This document shows, one piece after another, positions 29,101 to 38,229 of a stretch of 60,611 bases of DNA. A program made the position numbers and the translations under genes. The notes under the pieces are model-generated. The model was not told where the DNA came from, searched no databases, and was given only the letters and a program-made list of their open reading frames with translations. The first letter of the stretch is position 1, and the number at the start of each line of letters is the position of its first letter. The stretch is from a virus (taxonomy: Duplodnaviria; Caudoviricetes): IMG/VR virus record IMGVR_UViG_3300019458_000037, positions 1 to 60,611 of that record; one strand, 5' to 3'.

Positions 29101-30024
29101 ATGACTGCTGCAACCAAAAAGAAAGTCGATATACAGCGTGAGGCGATCTGCCTGAGTGTCAATCTGGGCATGGTGCGCTCACGAAAGCGAATCAATTCCG
29201 ATGATATTGAATCCGATGCCGACCGCAGTTTGCTACACGTCTCCAAAGAGATTTTCGAGAGCAAGGACCTGCAGGCGATCAGCGCCATGCACGGCGCGAT
29301 CCATACCTATCTCAAGTCGCGCTGCCTCCCCTCGCCATTCAAGCATGGCGTCTATCTGATCCGCTTGAGTCTGGTCACGGAGGTCATGGAAGAACTCGAT
29401 CAATACGAGAAGAAAATCAGTGACTTGATCGAGGCCTTCCTGGAGTTCTACGGCAAAATCTACGTGCAGCGACACGATCAGAAATCAGAAATGAGGACGC
29501 GCTTGGGCTCGCTCTATAACCCAGGCGATTATCCTGCGCCGGCGACGCTCAAAAGTGCCTTTAAGTTCGAGACGCAACTTTGGGAGATTGGCACGCCAGG
29601 TGCGCTCAGCACGGTGAGCCGTGCCCTCTATGAGCGAGAAAAGCGCAAGATGGACAACGTCTGGGAGCAGGCCAAGGAGCAGATTACGCAGGTATTGATG
29701 ACGGAACTGCGCGATATGACGAGCCGGCTCACGGAGCGCTTAACGCCGAACGAGGATGGCACGAAAAAGGTCTTCCGTGATTCACTGATTGGCAACCTGC
29801 AAGAATGGCTGGACGTCTTCAAGCGACGCGCACTGACGGACGATCAGGAATTGATCGACGTCGTCGAGAAGGCGCGTCAATTGATTGCGGGCGTCGATGC
29901 CAAGACGCTGCGCACCGATGAAGAGTCACGCAAGGATCTATCCGGTGCAATGGGCAAGCTCACGACCGCGCTGGAGCAATCGATCATTGAGAAGCCGGCG
30001 CGCAAGATCGATCTGGACGACTGA
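29101..30024 (+). CDS. DUF3150-like helical protein
   Basis: GVYLI...YNPGDYP...KKVFRDS; commonly found near this ATPase cassette. Confidence 0.6.
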   Translation: MTAATKKKVDIQREAICLSVNLGMVRSRKRINSDDIESDADRSLLHVSKEIFESKDLQAISAMHGAIHTYLKSRCLPSPFKHGVYLIRLSLVTEVMEELDQYEKKISDLIEAFLEFYGKIYVQRHDQKSEMRTRLGSLYNPGDYPAPATLKSAFKFETQLWEIGTPGALSTVSRALYEREKRKMDNVWEQAKEQITQVLMTELRDMTSRLTERLTPNEDGTKKVFRDSLIGNLQEWLDVFKRRALTDDQELIDVVEKARQLIAGVDAKTLRTDEESRKDLSGAMGKLTTALEQSIIEKPARKIDLDD

Positions 30025-30026
30025 GT

Positions 30027-30080
30027 GCTTGACGTCAGGGGATGGCCCATGCTATGCATGCTTCTAGCATCATGATAGCA
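30027..30080 (+). promoter_or_regulatory. Putative promoter with operator-like motif
   Basis: TTGACG at 30029, TGcTATGCA, and CATGCTTCTA..TCATGATAGC shared with the ~25250 site. Confidence 0.5.
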
Positions 30081-30111
30081 TGGGCCGCTCCACCTACCAG
30101 GAGGTGCCATC

Positions 30112-30369
30112 ATGACCACCGACCACACCAGTAGTACTCAACACACGCTGGCGAATTACCGCAAGAAATTGGAGCGTGCGCACAAGGCACGCGAGCTTGC
30201 CGAGCAGCGCGTCATTCGTGCCGCGGATCTATTGTGGAAGCGTCGCCGCGCGGTCAAGTATTTTCTGCGGCAGATCGAACGGGCCGAGGGCTGCCTGGCG
30301 CGAGGGGAAGAATTCCGACCAGAGCGCGAGCGCAAACGCAAGCCAGGCCGTCGCATTGAATTGGACTAA
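30112..30369 (+). CDS. Basic hypothetical protein
   Basis: AGGAGG RBS. Confidence 0.65.
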   Translation: MTTDHTSSTQHTLANYRKKLERAHKARELAEQRVIRAADLLWKRRRAVKYFLRQIERAEGCLARGEEFRPERERKRKPGRRIELD

Positions 30370-30380
30370 GGAGGGGAGCC

Positions 30381-30992
30381 ATGACAATGAACGAACGACT
30401 CTATAACCTACCATTGCGCACCTGCGGCAACTGGAGGATCGAGCAGCGTACCTTCAGCGAAGCAGAAGCGAGTGCGTGCCAACTGCATGCCGCGATCAAT
30501 GGGAACCGACGCTATACACCTGCAGGCACCTACGTCGGATTGCTTCGAGGCGAGCACGTCATCATGAGCAATACGCCTGACGAATTGCATGACCTCTATC
30601 TCTTGAAATGGAACGCCAAAGGGCACGTCCTCATTGCCGGGCTCGGGCTCGGCTGCGCGGTCGACGTCGCGCTGGCCGCGCCAGACGTCAGCGAGGTGAC
30701 CGTGATCGAGCAATCACTAGACGTCATCGAATTGGTGGCGCACTCATTTACCGATTCTCGTCTCACGATTCTGCAAGGCGATATTTTCACCTGGCGCCCA
30801 CCGAAGGGCCAGCGCTATGGCGCGGCATGGTTCGATATTTGGGACGACATTTGCGAGGACAACCTAGCGGAGATGGCGAAGCTACACCGACGCTTTGCCA
30901 GAGTGGCCGACTGGAAAGGTAGTTGGTGCCGCGACGAATGCGAGCGCATGCGCGAACGCTGGCGCAGGTCGACGTTGGTCGTCTTTGTGTAA
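30381..30992 (+). CDS. Spermidine-synthase-like SAM-dependent methyltransferase
   Basis: IMSNTPDE...VLIAGLGLG...VTVIE...GDIF...WFDIW. Confidence 0.8.
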   Translation: MTMNERLYNLPLRTCGNWRIEQRTFSEAEASACQLHAAINGNRRYTPAGTYVGLLRGEHVIMSNTPDELHDLYLLKWNAKGHVLIAGLGLGCAVDVALAAPDVSEVTVIEQSLDVIELVAHSFTDSRLTILQGDIFTWRPPKGQRYGAAWFDIWDDICEDNLAEMAKLHRRFARVADWKGSWCRDECERMRERWRRSTLVVFV

Positions 30993-31009
30993 CCAAGGAG
31001 GTGTGATTC

Positions 31010-31189
31010 ATGGCAACCAAGGACTCGGTTCAGATACTCACGTGCCTGCGTTTGTGCTTCAACGGGAAGTCCTATCGATGGGTGCCGCGCCTGCTGGGCG
31101 TGCTCCCGCGTCGGTGCCCGAATTGTCAGTCGAGGAAATGGAACGAGCCACGCACGAAAACCAAAGGAGGGAAGCATGACGAAGACTAA
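31010..31189 (+). CDS. Small zinc-ribbon protein (59 aa)
   Basis: CLRLC...W.PR...PRRCPNCQSRKWN; AAGGAGG RBS; missed by the ORF track. Confidence 0.6.
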   Translation: MATKDSVQILTCLRLCFNGKSYRWVPRLLGVLPRRCPNCQSRKWNEPRTKTKGGKHDED

Positions 31190-31928
31190 CACACAGCCTG
31201 CAATCGAGACGACCGCCTTGGTGCAGCAAGCCGAGGCGTTTGCGCTCAGCGAGGAACTCGCCATCCGCTTGCAAGAGGTGGAGACCTCGGTCACGAAGCT
31301 GGCCGAAGGCAAGCCCAAGCTCGTCATACGCTCTGCGATAGTCGAGGGCGAGGCGCGCCGCCTCTTCAATCTCTATAAGGAATACCTGAAGCAGATCGAC
31401 GAAGAGCGCGAAGCCGCGAAGGCGCCCATCTTGAATGCAGGGCGCACGATTGACGCGCGTGCGAAGGTCCACAGCGCGGCGGCCCAAGCGGCCAAGGATC
31501 TGCTCGAACGCTCGCTGCGCGAATGGACCGAGTTTCAAGATGCCAACGCGAGGGCCGAGCAAAACAGACTCAACGAAGAGCATCGCAAGCGTGTCGAGGC
31601 GGAGAACGAGAAGGCGCGAAAGAAAGGTGTCGAGCCGAGGCAGGTGACCCCTCCGCCGGTCGTGCAAACGCCTGCGAAATCCGTCACCATTGCGACTGGT
31701 GATGGTGGCGCAAAAACGCAGACGTGGGTCGATAATTGGAAATGGCGCCTGAACGGCGTGCCTGATCCTTCGGCATTGACCGCGGATCGTGCCGCGGACT
31801 ATGGTATTCCTCTGCGCTTTTTCCGACTGCATTGTTCGACGATTGACAGTCTCACGAAAGCAACCAAGTCCTCCATCGTCATCGAAGGCTCATTGATCGA
31901 GGGCTATAACGACAGGTATCTGAAATGA
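31176..31928 (+). CDS. Coiled-coil recombination-module protein
   Basis: Long coiled coil upstream of the exonuclease/RecT pair. Confidence 0.6.
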   Translation: MTKTNTQPAIETTALVQQAEAFALSEELAIRLQEVETSVTKLAEGKPKLVIRSAIVEGEARRLFNLYKEYLKQIDEEREAAKAPILNAGRTIDARAKVHSAAAQAAKDLLERSLREWTEFQDANARAEQNRLNEEHRKRVEAENEKARKKGVEPRQVTPPPVVQTPAKSVTIATGDGGAKTQTWVDNWKWRLNGVPDPSALTADRAADYGIPLRFFRLHCSTIDSLTKATKSSIVIEGSLIEGYNDRYLK

Positions 31929-32590
31929 GCATCAACGCCATCTACAGTGCCACAGGGAAATTCTATACCACCACCGAAGGACGCACCGTCCCCAGTGCGG
32001 GCATGATCTGTACCACGCTCGCCAAAGAGAGCTACGATTACGTTGGGATCGAGAGTCTGGAGCGTGCCATGCAGGAGGGCGAGGGCGCCCACCGCGTGGC
32101 GTGCGATTATTCCTTGACATGGCTCGGGCATCTCAACGACGTCGTGCTGCCTCTGGTGCCGGAAGGACACCTGCATTCTGAAGAAAGCTGGACGACGGCC
32201 ATGCTGCACGCACTGAATCAGGTCAAGCTACTCTTTGCGCAATACGCAGTCGAGCCGATTGCCGTTGAGCAACCGTCCATTTGCTCGCTCTATGGCTTCG
32301 GTGGTCAGCCTGATCTAAAGTGCTGGATGCGTTGGCGCGGGCAGCGTATCTGCGCGGTCTGGGATTATAAGCGGGTGCGCGCATTGGCGCTGGCGCACGC
32401 GCTGAAAATGGAATGCTACCGCCTGCTCGACGGCTACCAGGACTGCCAATCGGCCTTTATCGCCTGGCTTCAGAAAGATGGCAAGCCGATCTTGCGTCAC
32501 ATGCCGATCAATCAGCGCTACAAGGCGGCGATCTGCGGCCAAGCGGCCGCCTTCAATTTTCAGATCAGCGAACGTCTCTTGATTCCATAA
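31925..32590 (+). CDS. PD-(D/E)XK exonuclease-like protein
   Basis: AVEQ...GFGGQPDL...VWDYKR; adjacent to RecT. Confidence 0.65.
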   Translation: MSINAIYSATGKFYTTTEGRTVPSAGMICTTLAKESYDYVGIESLERAMQEGEGAHRVACDYSLTWLGHLNDVVLPLVPEGHLHSEESWTTAMLHALNQVKLLFAQYAVEPIAVEQPSICSLYGFGGQPDLKCWMRWRGQRICAVWDYKRVRALALAHALKMECYRLLDGYQDCQSAFIAWLQKDGKPILRHMPINQRYKAAICGQAAAFNFQISERLLIP

Positions 32591-32607
32591 CACTGGAGGG
32601 AATGCGC

Positions 32608-33927
32608 ATGACGAACACAACGAAACTGCCGGTGCTCAGTAAAGTCTCACAACTGCTGACGGAGAATTCCACGCAACTTGCCAAGCTCTTGCCGAAGGTG
32701 ATCACGCCTGCGCGCTTCGCCTCTATCGTGATCAACGTGATACAAGAGGACGATAATCTGCAGCAATGCACGGCGACCTCGCTGGTGCGCTGCATCTTCC
32801 AAAGCGCACAACTTGGGCTCACGCCAGGGCTGCGGCGGCAGTCGTATCTGGTGCCGTTCAATAATAAAAAGAAAAACTGCAAGGAAGCGCAACTGCTGAT
32901 CGGGTACCAAGGGCTCATGGACTTGGCGCGGCGCAGCGGGGAAATCTATAAGATTGACGCCAAAGAGGTCTATGAGGGGGACATTTTCCGCTACACTGAT
33001 GGGTATGACGACAGTCTGGTCCATGAACCCATCTCCAAAGTGCGCGTCGACGAAGCTGATCCTATCAAGCGATGGGAGTACGTGACGCATTGCTACGCCT
33101 GGGCCAAGCTCAAGAACGGTGAGCGGCAAAAGGTGGTGATGACGCGCAGGCAGATCGAAGGCCATCGGGACCGGTATAGCAAAGCCGCGGATGTTGGTCC
33201 ATGGAAAACCAACGCGATTGAAATGGCCCTCAAGACGGTGCTGCGCGAACTCTGCAACCTGCTGCCAAGCTCCGATGATGCGCCGAGCCTGGCGCACGCC
33301 TATGCGCTCGACACGCAGGTACAATTAGGGCAAGAGCAGACGATTGAAATTGAAAATTTCAAGGTGGAAGGACTTGAGGATGAATCAGTAGAGACCGGAG
33401 GAAGTGAAGGGGGGCAATCTAAACAGGAGGCAAAGGACCAAACGGCAACCCCGAAGCTGCCTGATTTCTGGGACTATGCAGGGCGCGAGATGCGCGATCC
33501 TAACGTCCCGTTCTCAGCACTGGAATGGTATCTCAAAGTCAAGACCGAGGGCTTGAATAAACCAGGGCGTGAGCGGTTTGCCGTCGCCGATCGTCAGACG
33601 ATCAAAGATTTGGAGGCCGAGATTCAGCGACGCAGAGAGGCCGAGCAGGCGGTAGCGACGAAAGAGAAAGCGGCGCCGCAGACGCACGCAACCACTGTCA
33701 AGAACGGCACCGAGAAAAAGACCGCTGCGCCAGCCGAGACGAAGGCAGATCAACAACCGACCGAAGAGCAATGGCAGGCCTGGGTGAAAAAGGAAAGCCT
33801 CGACAATATCGACGCCTTCGTCTATGTCAAAGAGGAATATCATTGCAAGAATGCACGCGAGGTACCGAAGCATAAACGCCTTGAATTTATGCGCCGGTTT
33901 CAAGAGGTTCTTGAGAAGGGCAAATAA
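32608..33927 (+). CDS. recT: RecT-family single-strand annealing protein with C-terminal extension
   Basis: SAQLGL.P...YLVPF...AQLLIGYQGLMDLARRSG...GPW...EMALKTVLR. Confidence 0.9.
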   Translation: MTNTTKLPVLSKVSQLLTENSTQLAKLLPKVITPARFASIVINVIQEDDNLQQCTATSLVRCIFQSAQLGLTPGLRRQSYLVPFNNKKKNCKEAQLLIGYQGLMDLARRSGEIYKIDAKEVYEGDIFRYTDGYDDSLVHEPISKVRVDEADPIKRWEYVTHCYAWAKLKNGERQKVVMTRRQIEGHRDRYSKAADVGPWKTNAIEMALKTVLRELCNLLPSSDDAPSLAHAYALDTQVQLGQEQTIEIENFKVEGLEDESVETGGSEGGQSKQEAKDQTATPKLPDFWDYAGREMRDPNVPFSALEWYLKVKTEGLNKPGRERFAVADRQTIKDLEAEIQRRREAEQAVATKEKAAPQTHATTVKNGTEKKTAAPAETKADQQPTEEQWQAWVKKESLDNIDAFVYVKEEYHCKNAREVPKHKRLEFMRRFQEVLEKGK

Positions 33928-33954
33928 GAGTCTGTGAGACTCGAAATTTTGTGC

Positions 33955-33983
33955 TTGACATATGCGAAGCACTATGCAAGCAT
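33955..33983 (+). promoter_or_regulatory. Putative promoter of the replication operon
   Basis: TTGACA-17 nt-AAGCAT with TG extension; ATG at 33990 would be leaderless. Confidence 0.5.
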
Positions 33984-33989
33984 ATAGCT

Positions 33990-34199
33990 ATGGCGAATAT
34001 CATGGTAGCACCCCCAGCGCCGCGCAGCGAGATATGCCGCTATTGCAGGCAGACCTTCATGCAGCGCGTCTGGTTTCAGGTCTACTGCAGCCCAGAATGC
34101 CGCAAGGCCTACCGGTCAGATCAAGTCAAGCTCGGCCGTCAATTGGTGGCCGATTCGCTCAGCAAGGCTTCGACATCGGAGACACTCGACACAAGATAA
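33990..34199 (+). CDS. Small zinc-finger protein, possible regulator
   Basis: CRYCRQTF...QVYCSPECR. Confidence 0.6.
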   Translation: MANIMVAPPAPRSEICRYCRQTFMQRVWFQVYCSPECRKAYRSDQVKLGRQLVADSLSKASTSETLDTR

Positions 34200-34342
34200 G
34201 CGAGCCATGCACTCTCCTACCGAGTCATCGCAGCATCGTTTGGGCCGACGTGGGACGGCCCTTGAAAGGGCACCGAAATGGCCGCGGCTTGCATGGTAGG
34301 GCAAGCCCGCAGAGTAGGTGCCCTTTTGAATCGGAGCTTGTA

Positions 34343-35248
34343 GTGTATCGAACAGTACATGCGCATTTCTGGACCGACCCAGATGTTCGTCGCTTAACCC
34401 CTGACGAGCGGTTAATGTTTCTCTATTTGATTACCAATCCTCACAGCCACCTCTCAGGGATCTATTATCTATCGGTTAGCACCATGAGGGAAGAAACCGG
34501 GCTGCCGCTCGATGAAATGTTCGATAAGATCATGTTTGCGTTATATGATCGACCGAATTCAATCGTGTTCGTCAAGAAAATGCTCTTCTATCAGGCGCGC
34601 GGAGAAAAGGCACACCGCGCCGCTGCACGTCAATTAGTGACCTTACATCGCTCGCCGCTGATCGGGACCTTTATTGAAACCTATCCAATCGTGCAACGCT
34701 ATTTAACTCCAACAGAACTTCATACCCTATCGGATACCCTATCGTTACCCCATCAGATAGGCTATCTTCCTCAGAAACAGGATCAGAATCAGAAACAGGA
34801 TCAGGAACAGGAAGAGGAAGAAAGAGAAAAAGACACCCTGGGACAGGGTGTAGAAAAAGAGAAAGAGGCACTCTTCGATCTGCGCGTGGAACAAATTACG
34901 GCCGATCAAGTTCAAGCGATGTGGAATGCCTACCCGCAACTTAAACCGTTGAAGGCATTAACGGGACCGATACGCCAACGAATCACGCGTCAAATTATTC
35001 TGCATCCCTCTGGTGAATGGTGGCAGAAATATATACAGCGCATTGTCGCGTCACCGTTTCTGACTGGCGATATTGACGGCAGTCAGGGTAGACGCCCCTT
35101 CCATGCCACGCTGGATTGGGTGCTTGGTCCTCAGAATATGGCCAAGATTCTCGCAGGTAATTACGATCCGGATCCACCTCAGAAATCTCCAGTGCAGCGG
35201 CTTCGAGAACGATTCTTAGGACGGGAGAAACGACATGACTCACGTTGA
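34343..35248 (+). CDS. Phage replication initiator protein
   Basis: YRTVHAHFWTDP...LMFLYLITNPH..LSGIY N-terminus; ATLDWVL...KILAGNYD C-terminus; GTG start inferred. Confidence 0.8.
   Translation: MYRTVHAHFWTDPDVRRLTPDERLMFLYLITNPHSHLSGIYYLSVSTMREETGLPLDEMFDKIMFALYDRPNSIVFVKKMLFYQARGEKAHRAAARQLVTLHRSPLIGTFIETYPIVQRYLTPTELHTLSDTLSLPHQIGYLPQKQDQNQKQDQEQEEEEREKDTLGQGVEKEKEALFDLRVEQITADQVQAMWNAYPQLKPLKALTGPIRQRITRQIILHPSGEWWQKYIQRIVASPFLTGDIDGSQGRRPFHATLDWVLGPQNMAKILAGNYDPDPPQKSPVQRLRERFLGREKRHDSR
34722..34830 (+). repeat. Iteron-like repeats plus purine-rich tract: probable replication origin
   Basis: ATACCCTATCG x2, a degenerate third copy, inverted GATAGGCTAT, then CAGAAACAGGAT repeats, all inside the initiator gene. 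Confidence 0.7.
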
Positions 35249-35834
35249 GCAGGCGAAGAATCACAAAATGACGCGAGAGGAGTTTTTCAAGGGCTGGTTT
35301 TTGCTGGTCGCACAGCCATGGGGTAAGCGTTATGGACAAAGCGATGAAATCGGACAGCTACAATCGGATTTCTATTACAGCAAGTTTCAAAAAGTGAACC
35401 CCTTCCTTTGGCTGGCGATCTGTGAGCAATTCGCCGAGGGCTCCCGATGGCCGAGCGTCGAAATGATGCGCGAGACGATCAACGCGAATATGCCGGCGGA
35501 GAAACACTTGACCAAACTGCCTGAGCAATATGCGGATAAGCCTGAAGCGCTGGCGGTCTGCCTGAGCTACCAAGACGACATCGGCTGCTCGGCGAATGAA
35601 TCCTACCTGGCCGTGCTGCCGAAATGGCTCAGCGAGCATCCAAAGCACGCTGATCGAGAAGAAGTCGAGCGCTTGCTAGAGCAGGCGAGGGCCTCGCAGG
35701 GCAAACCCGTGGTAACCCCGCTCAGGGAGGCGAACCTGCTAGGGGCTGAGCAAGAGCATAGGGAGTCGCAGGAACGCCTTGGAGAGGCCGAAATTGCCGC
35801 AAACTCGGTGGATTCCGGGCTCAGGGAGGGGTAA
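35235..35834 (+). CDS. Hypothetical protein, possible helicase loader/partner
   Basis: Coupled downstream of the initiator; RWPSV motif. Confidence 0.5.
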   Translation: MTHVEQAKNHKMTREEFFKGWFLLVAQPWGKRYGQSDEIGQLQSDFYYSKFQKVNPFLWLAICEQFAEGSRWPSVEMMRETINANMPAEKHLTKLPEQYADKPEALAVCLSYQDDIGCSANESYLAVLPKWLSEHPKHADREEVERLLEQARASQGKPVVTPLREANLLGAEQEHRESQERLGEAEIAANSVDSGLREG

Positions 35835-35835
35835 A

Positions 35836-36408
35836 ATGCTGCTTTTAGGCATCGATCCAGGCATTTCCGGGGGGATGGGCCTTTTGGGCCATGACGGGCG
35901 GTATCTCGAATCATGGCTGATTCAATCGTGCATCCGCCGGTACCGTACGCTGAAATCAGGCAAGCTCTCACCACAGCGGGAATTGGATGCACGATGGATG
36001 TTTCTGACGATCAAGAGCGCGTTGATACTCAACGGCGTCATCATCGGTCAGGTAATCGCAGAGGAGCAGGTTGCCTTTCCTGACCAGCATGCCAATACCG
36101 GACTCTCGATGGGCGATACGCGCGGGGTGATTCGAGGCGTCTGTGCCGCATTGGGGATTTCTGTGTCGTACGTGAAGCCGAGCGAATGGAAGAAATTTTA
36201 TGGCCTGAAGGGCGCCAAAGGACGAAAATATGCCTCCAAAGAAGAATCACTCGCCTTGGCACGGTCATTCTATCCCGACGCGCCGTTGGCGAGCCATAAG
36301 GACGAGGCGGTGGCCGAAGCCCTCTTGATTGCACGTTGGCATCAAACGGTTGGTGAAAAAGGAGTGAAAGCACCATGGGGAGACGTCGCGGTCGCAAAAC
36401 GAGCGTAG
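35836..36408 (+). CDS. RuvC-like Holliday junction resolvase
   Basis: LGIDPGISGG...EE...VKPSEWKK...AEALLIA. Confidence 0.8.
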   Translation: MLLLGIDPGISGGMGLLGHDGRYLESWLIQSCIRRYRTLKSGKLSPQRELDARWMFLTIKSALILNGVIIGQVIAEEQVAFPDQHANTGLSMGDTRGVIRGVCAALGISVSYVKPSEWKKFYGLKGAKGRKYASKEESLALARSFYPDAPLASHKDEAVAEALLIARWHQTVGEKGVKAPWGDVAVAKRA

Positions 36409-36416
36409 TGCCACAA

Positions 36417-36683
36417 ATGGATTTCCTCTTGCCTTGGAAATTTCTGCCATCGCATAGGCCAACCAAACTCACGGGCAAGAAAGCGACGCAGGCCTTCGAA
36501 CGGATCAAACAAACAGGCTTAGCCGGGGCGACGCCACGCGAGATTGAACAGTTCTATGGATGGAACGAGAACACCGCCTCAGGGCGACTCTCGGAATTAC
36601 GTGCGCTCGATTTGGCGCGCAGCACAGGAGCCAGACGCAATGGGCAGTCGGTCTGGGTAGCGGTCGAGGTGGCGAACCGATGA
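36417..36683 (+). CDS. Winged-HTH protein
   Basis: GATPREIE...NTASGRLSEL...GARRNGQSVW. Confidence 0.65.
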   Translation: MDFLLPWKFLPSHRPTKLTGKKATQAFERIKQTGLAGATPREIEQFYGWNENTASGRLSELRALDLARSTGARRNGQSVWVAVEVANR

Positions 36684-37927
36684 GTGAATATCGCCAGCAG
36701 TCCGGTGATCTATTCGAGTGGTTGCGCGGCCAACCGCTCATAGCGGCACCGCCACCAGCCGAAGTCGTCACTGAGGCACCGCCGCTGGCTGAGGAACAGA
36801 CCTCGGCAGAGGACGTCAATAAGGTAGCGAGCGAGACGCTGGAGGATGAACAGACAGGTGCAGAGGAGATTGACTTCGATCCAGAGAATTCGCCGGACGT
36901 CACATTCTCTGATCTGCCCGTGCTAGAGGCCCCTATTTCTTCGAGCGGACCATACCTCGCTGATGAAATCGTGGAGTCCGCGTTCGAGTATTTCCGAGCG
37001 ACCGGTTTTCCCTATCGCATTTTGGCCCCGCATGAATGCATGCAGGCGATCAATCAATTGGCAGCCACGCCGACGGAGAATCTCTTCCATTCTGCCTTCG
37101 GCATTCAAGTCGCCAATAGCTTTCACCCACATCGGTACGAGGGAAAGGTGCACGGCAAGAAAACGCCCTATGAGGCCTTCCATGATGACGCCCTGCTCAA
37201 GAAAACGCTGGCCTTCGAACTGCGCGAATCAGGCGGGCTGGGGAAATTCGTGAACTCTCTAGCGGTGGCGAGCGGGACGCAAGGCTGCGCCAATTTTCGC
37301 CCAGGCTTCGCGCTCTCGATCTATCGACGCTTTGCGCCAGCCAATGGAGTAGTATTCGATCCTTGCACGGGATACGGCGGGCGCTTGGTGGGCTTCCTGG
37401 CGTCGCAATGCCAGACCTACGTCGGCTGTGATCCGAATACCCCGACGCATGCAGGGAATTCTCGTATGGCCGAGGCGCTTGGTGTCGCCGACCGCGTGCA
37501 CCTCTATTGCAGCGCGATTGAGGATTGGGATCCACTGCCATGGTTGCAGCGCTGCGACTGTGCGTTCACCTCGCCTCCCTATTTCTCGAAAGAGCGCTAC
37601 AGCGAGGAGGATACGCAAAGCTGGCGTCGGTATCCAGAGTATCCGCAATGGCTGGATGGGTTTGTGTTTCCCCTGCTCGAACAATGCAGTAACGTCGTGA
37701 AGCCTGGCGGCTATACCATCATCAATATCGCTGATGTGAAAATCGCAGGGAAGCGGTACGAACTCGTCGCCGACGCGAAGCGGTTGGCGGCCCGCTGCGG
37801 GCTCACGCTGATCGAAGAGGAGCAGTTGTATCTGGGGCCGAGGATGTATCAATACGACACCGGGGATCAGGCCATCGAAGCGGTCTTGATCTTTAAGGTG
37901 CAACCACCACAAGGAGGGACGTCATGA
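36680..37927 (+). CDS. Amino (N4C/N6A-type) DNA methyltransferase-like protein
   Basis: Motif I VFDPCTGYGGRL and motif IV FTSPPYF. Confidence 0.85.
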   Translation: MSEYRQQSGDLFEWLRGQPLIAAPPPAEVVTEAPPLAEEQTSAEDVNKVASETLEDEQTGAEEIDFDPENSPDVTFSDLPVLEAPISSSGPYLADEIVESAFEYFRATGFPYRILAPHECMQAINQLAATPTENLFHSAFGIQVANSFHPHRYEGKVHGKKTPYEAFHDDALLKKTLAFELRESGGLGKFVNSLAVASGTQGCANFRPGFALSIYRRFAPANGVVFDPCTGYGGRLVGFLASQCQTYVGCDPNTPTHAGNSRMAEALGVADRVHLYCSAIEDWDPLPWLQRCDCAFTSPPYFSKERYSEEDTQSWRRYPEYPQWLDGFVFPLLEQCSNVVKPGGYTIINIADVKIAGKRYELVADAKRLAARCGLTLIEEEQLYLGPRMYQYDTGDQAIEAVLIFKVQPPQGGTS

Positions 37928-38229
37928 GAAATTCCGATAAGCTCAACCGTTATCTCAACCAACTCTTGGCCGAAACACCGCCAGAGGGGAAAGAGTATTC
38001 CAAGGACTACCGCAAGGGCGTGATCGATACCTTGGAATATGCTCTCTCGAAATCGGACGCGCTGCCGATCAAGGTGTCCGAGCCTGAGGAGAAGGAGCAA
38101 AAGACCAACGGCAACAACAAGAAAGAAAAGGAGGCCACCGCGAAGGCGAAGCCCACCACCAATAATCCTGGCAAGGCGTTCCGTCCAGTCCCGAAGCCCA
38201 ACCAGAAGAAAAAGGTGGCGGCGGCATGA
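37924..38229 (+). CDS. Lys-rich hypothetical protein
   Basis: ATGA-coupled on both sides. Confidence 0.6.
   Translation: MRNSDKLNRYLNQLLAETPPEGKEYSKDYRKGVIDTLEYALSKSDALPIKVSEPEEKEQKTNGNNKKEKEATAKAKPTTNNPGKAFRPVPKPNQKKKVAAA

Noticed and set aside
33962-34342. N-terminal 127 aa of ORF 33962-35248
   Set aside because: It overlaps the promoter and zinc-finger gene; initiator-like sequence begins only at GTG 34343.
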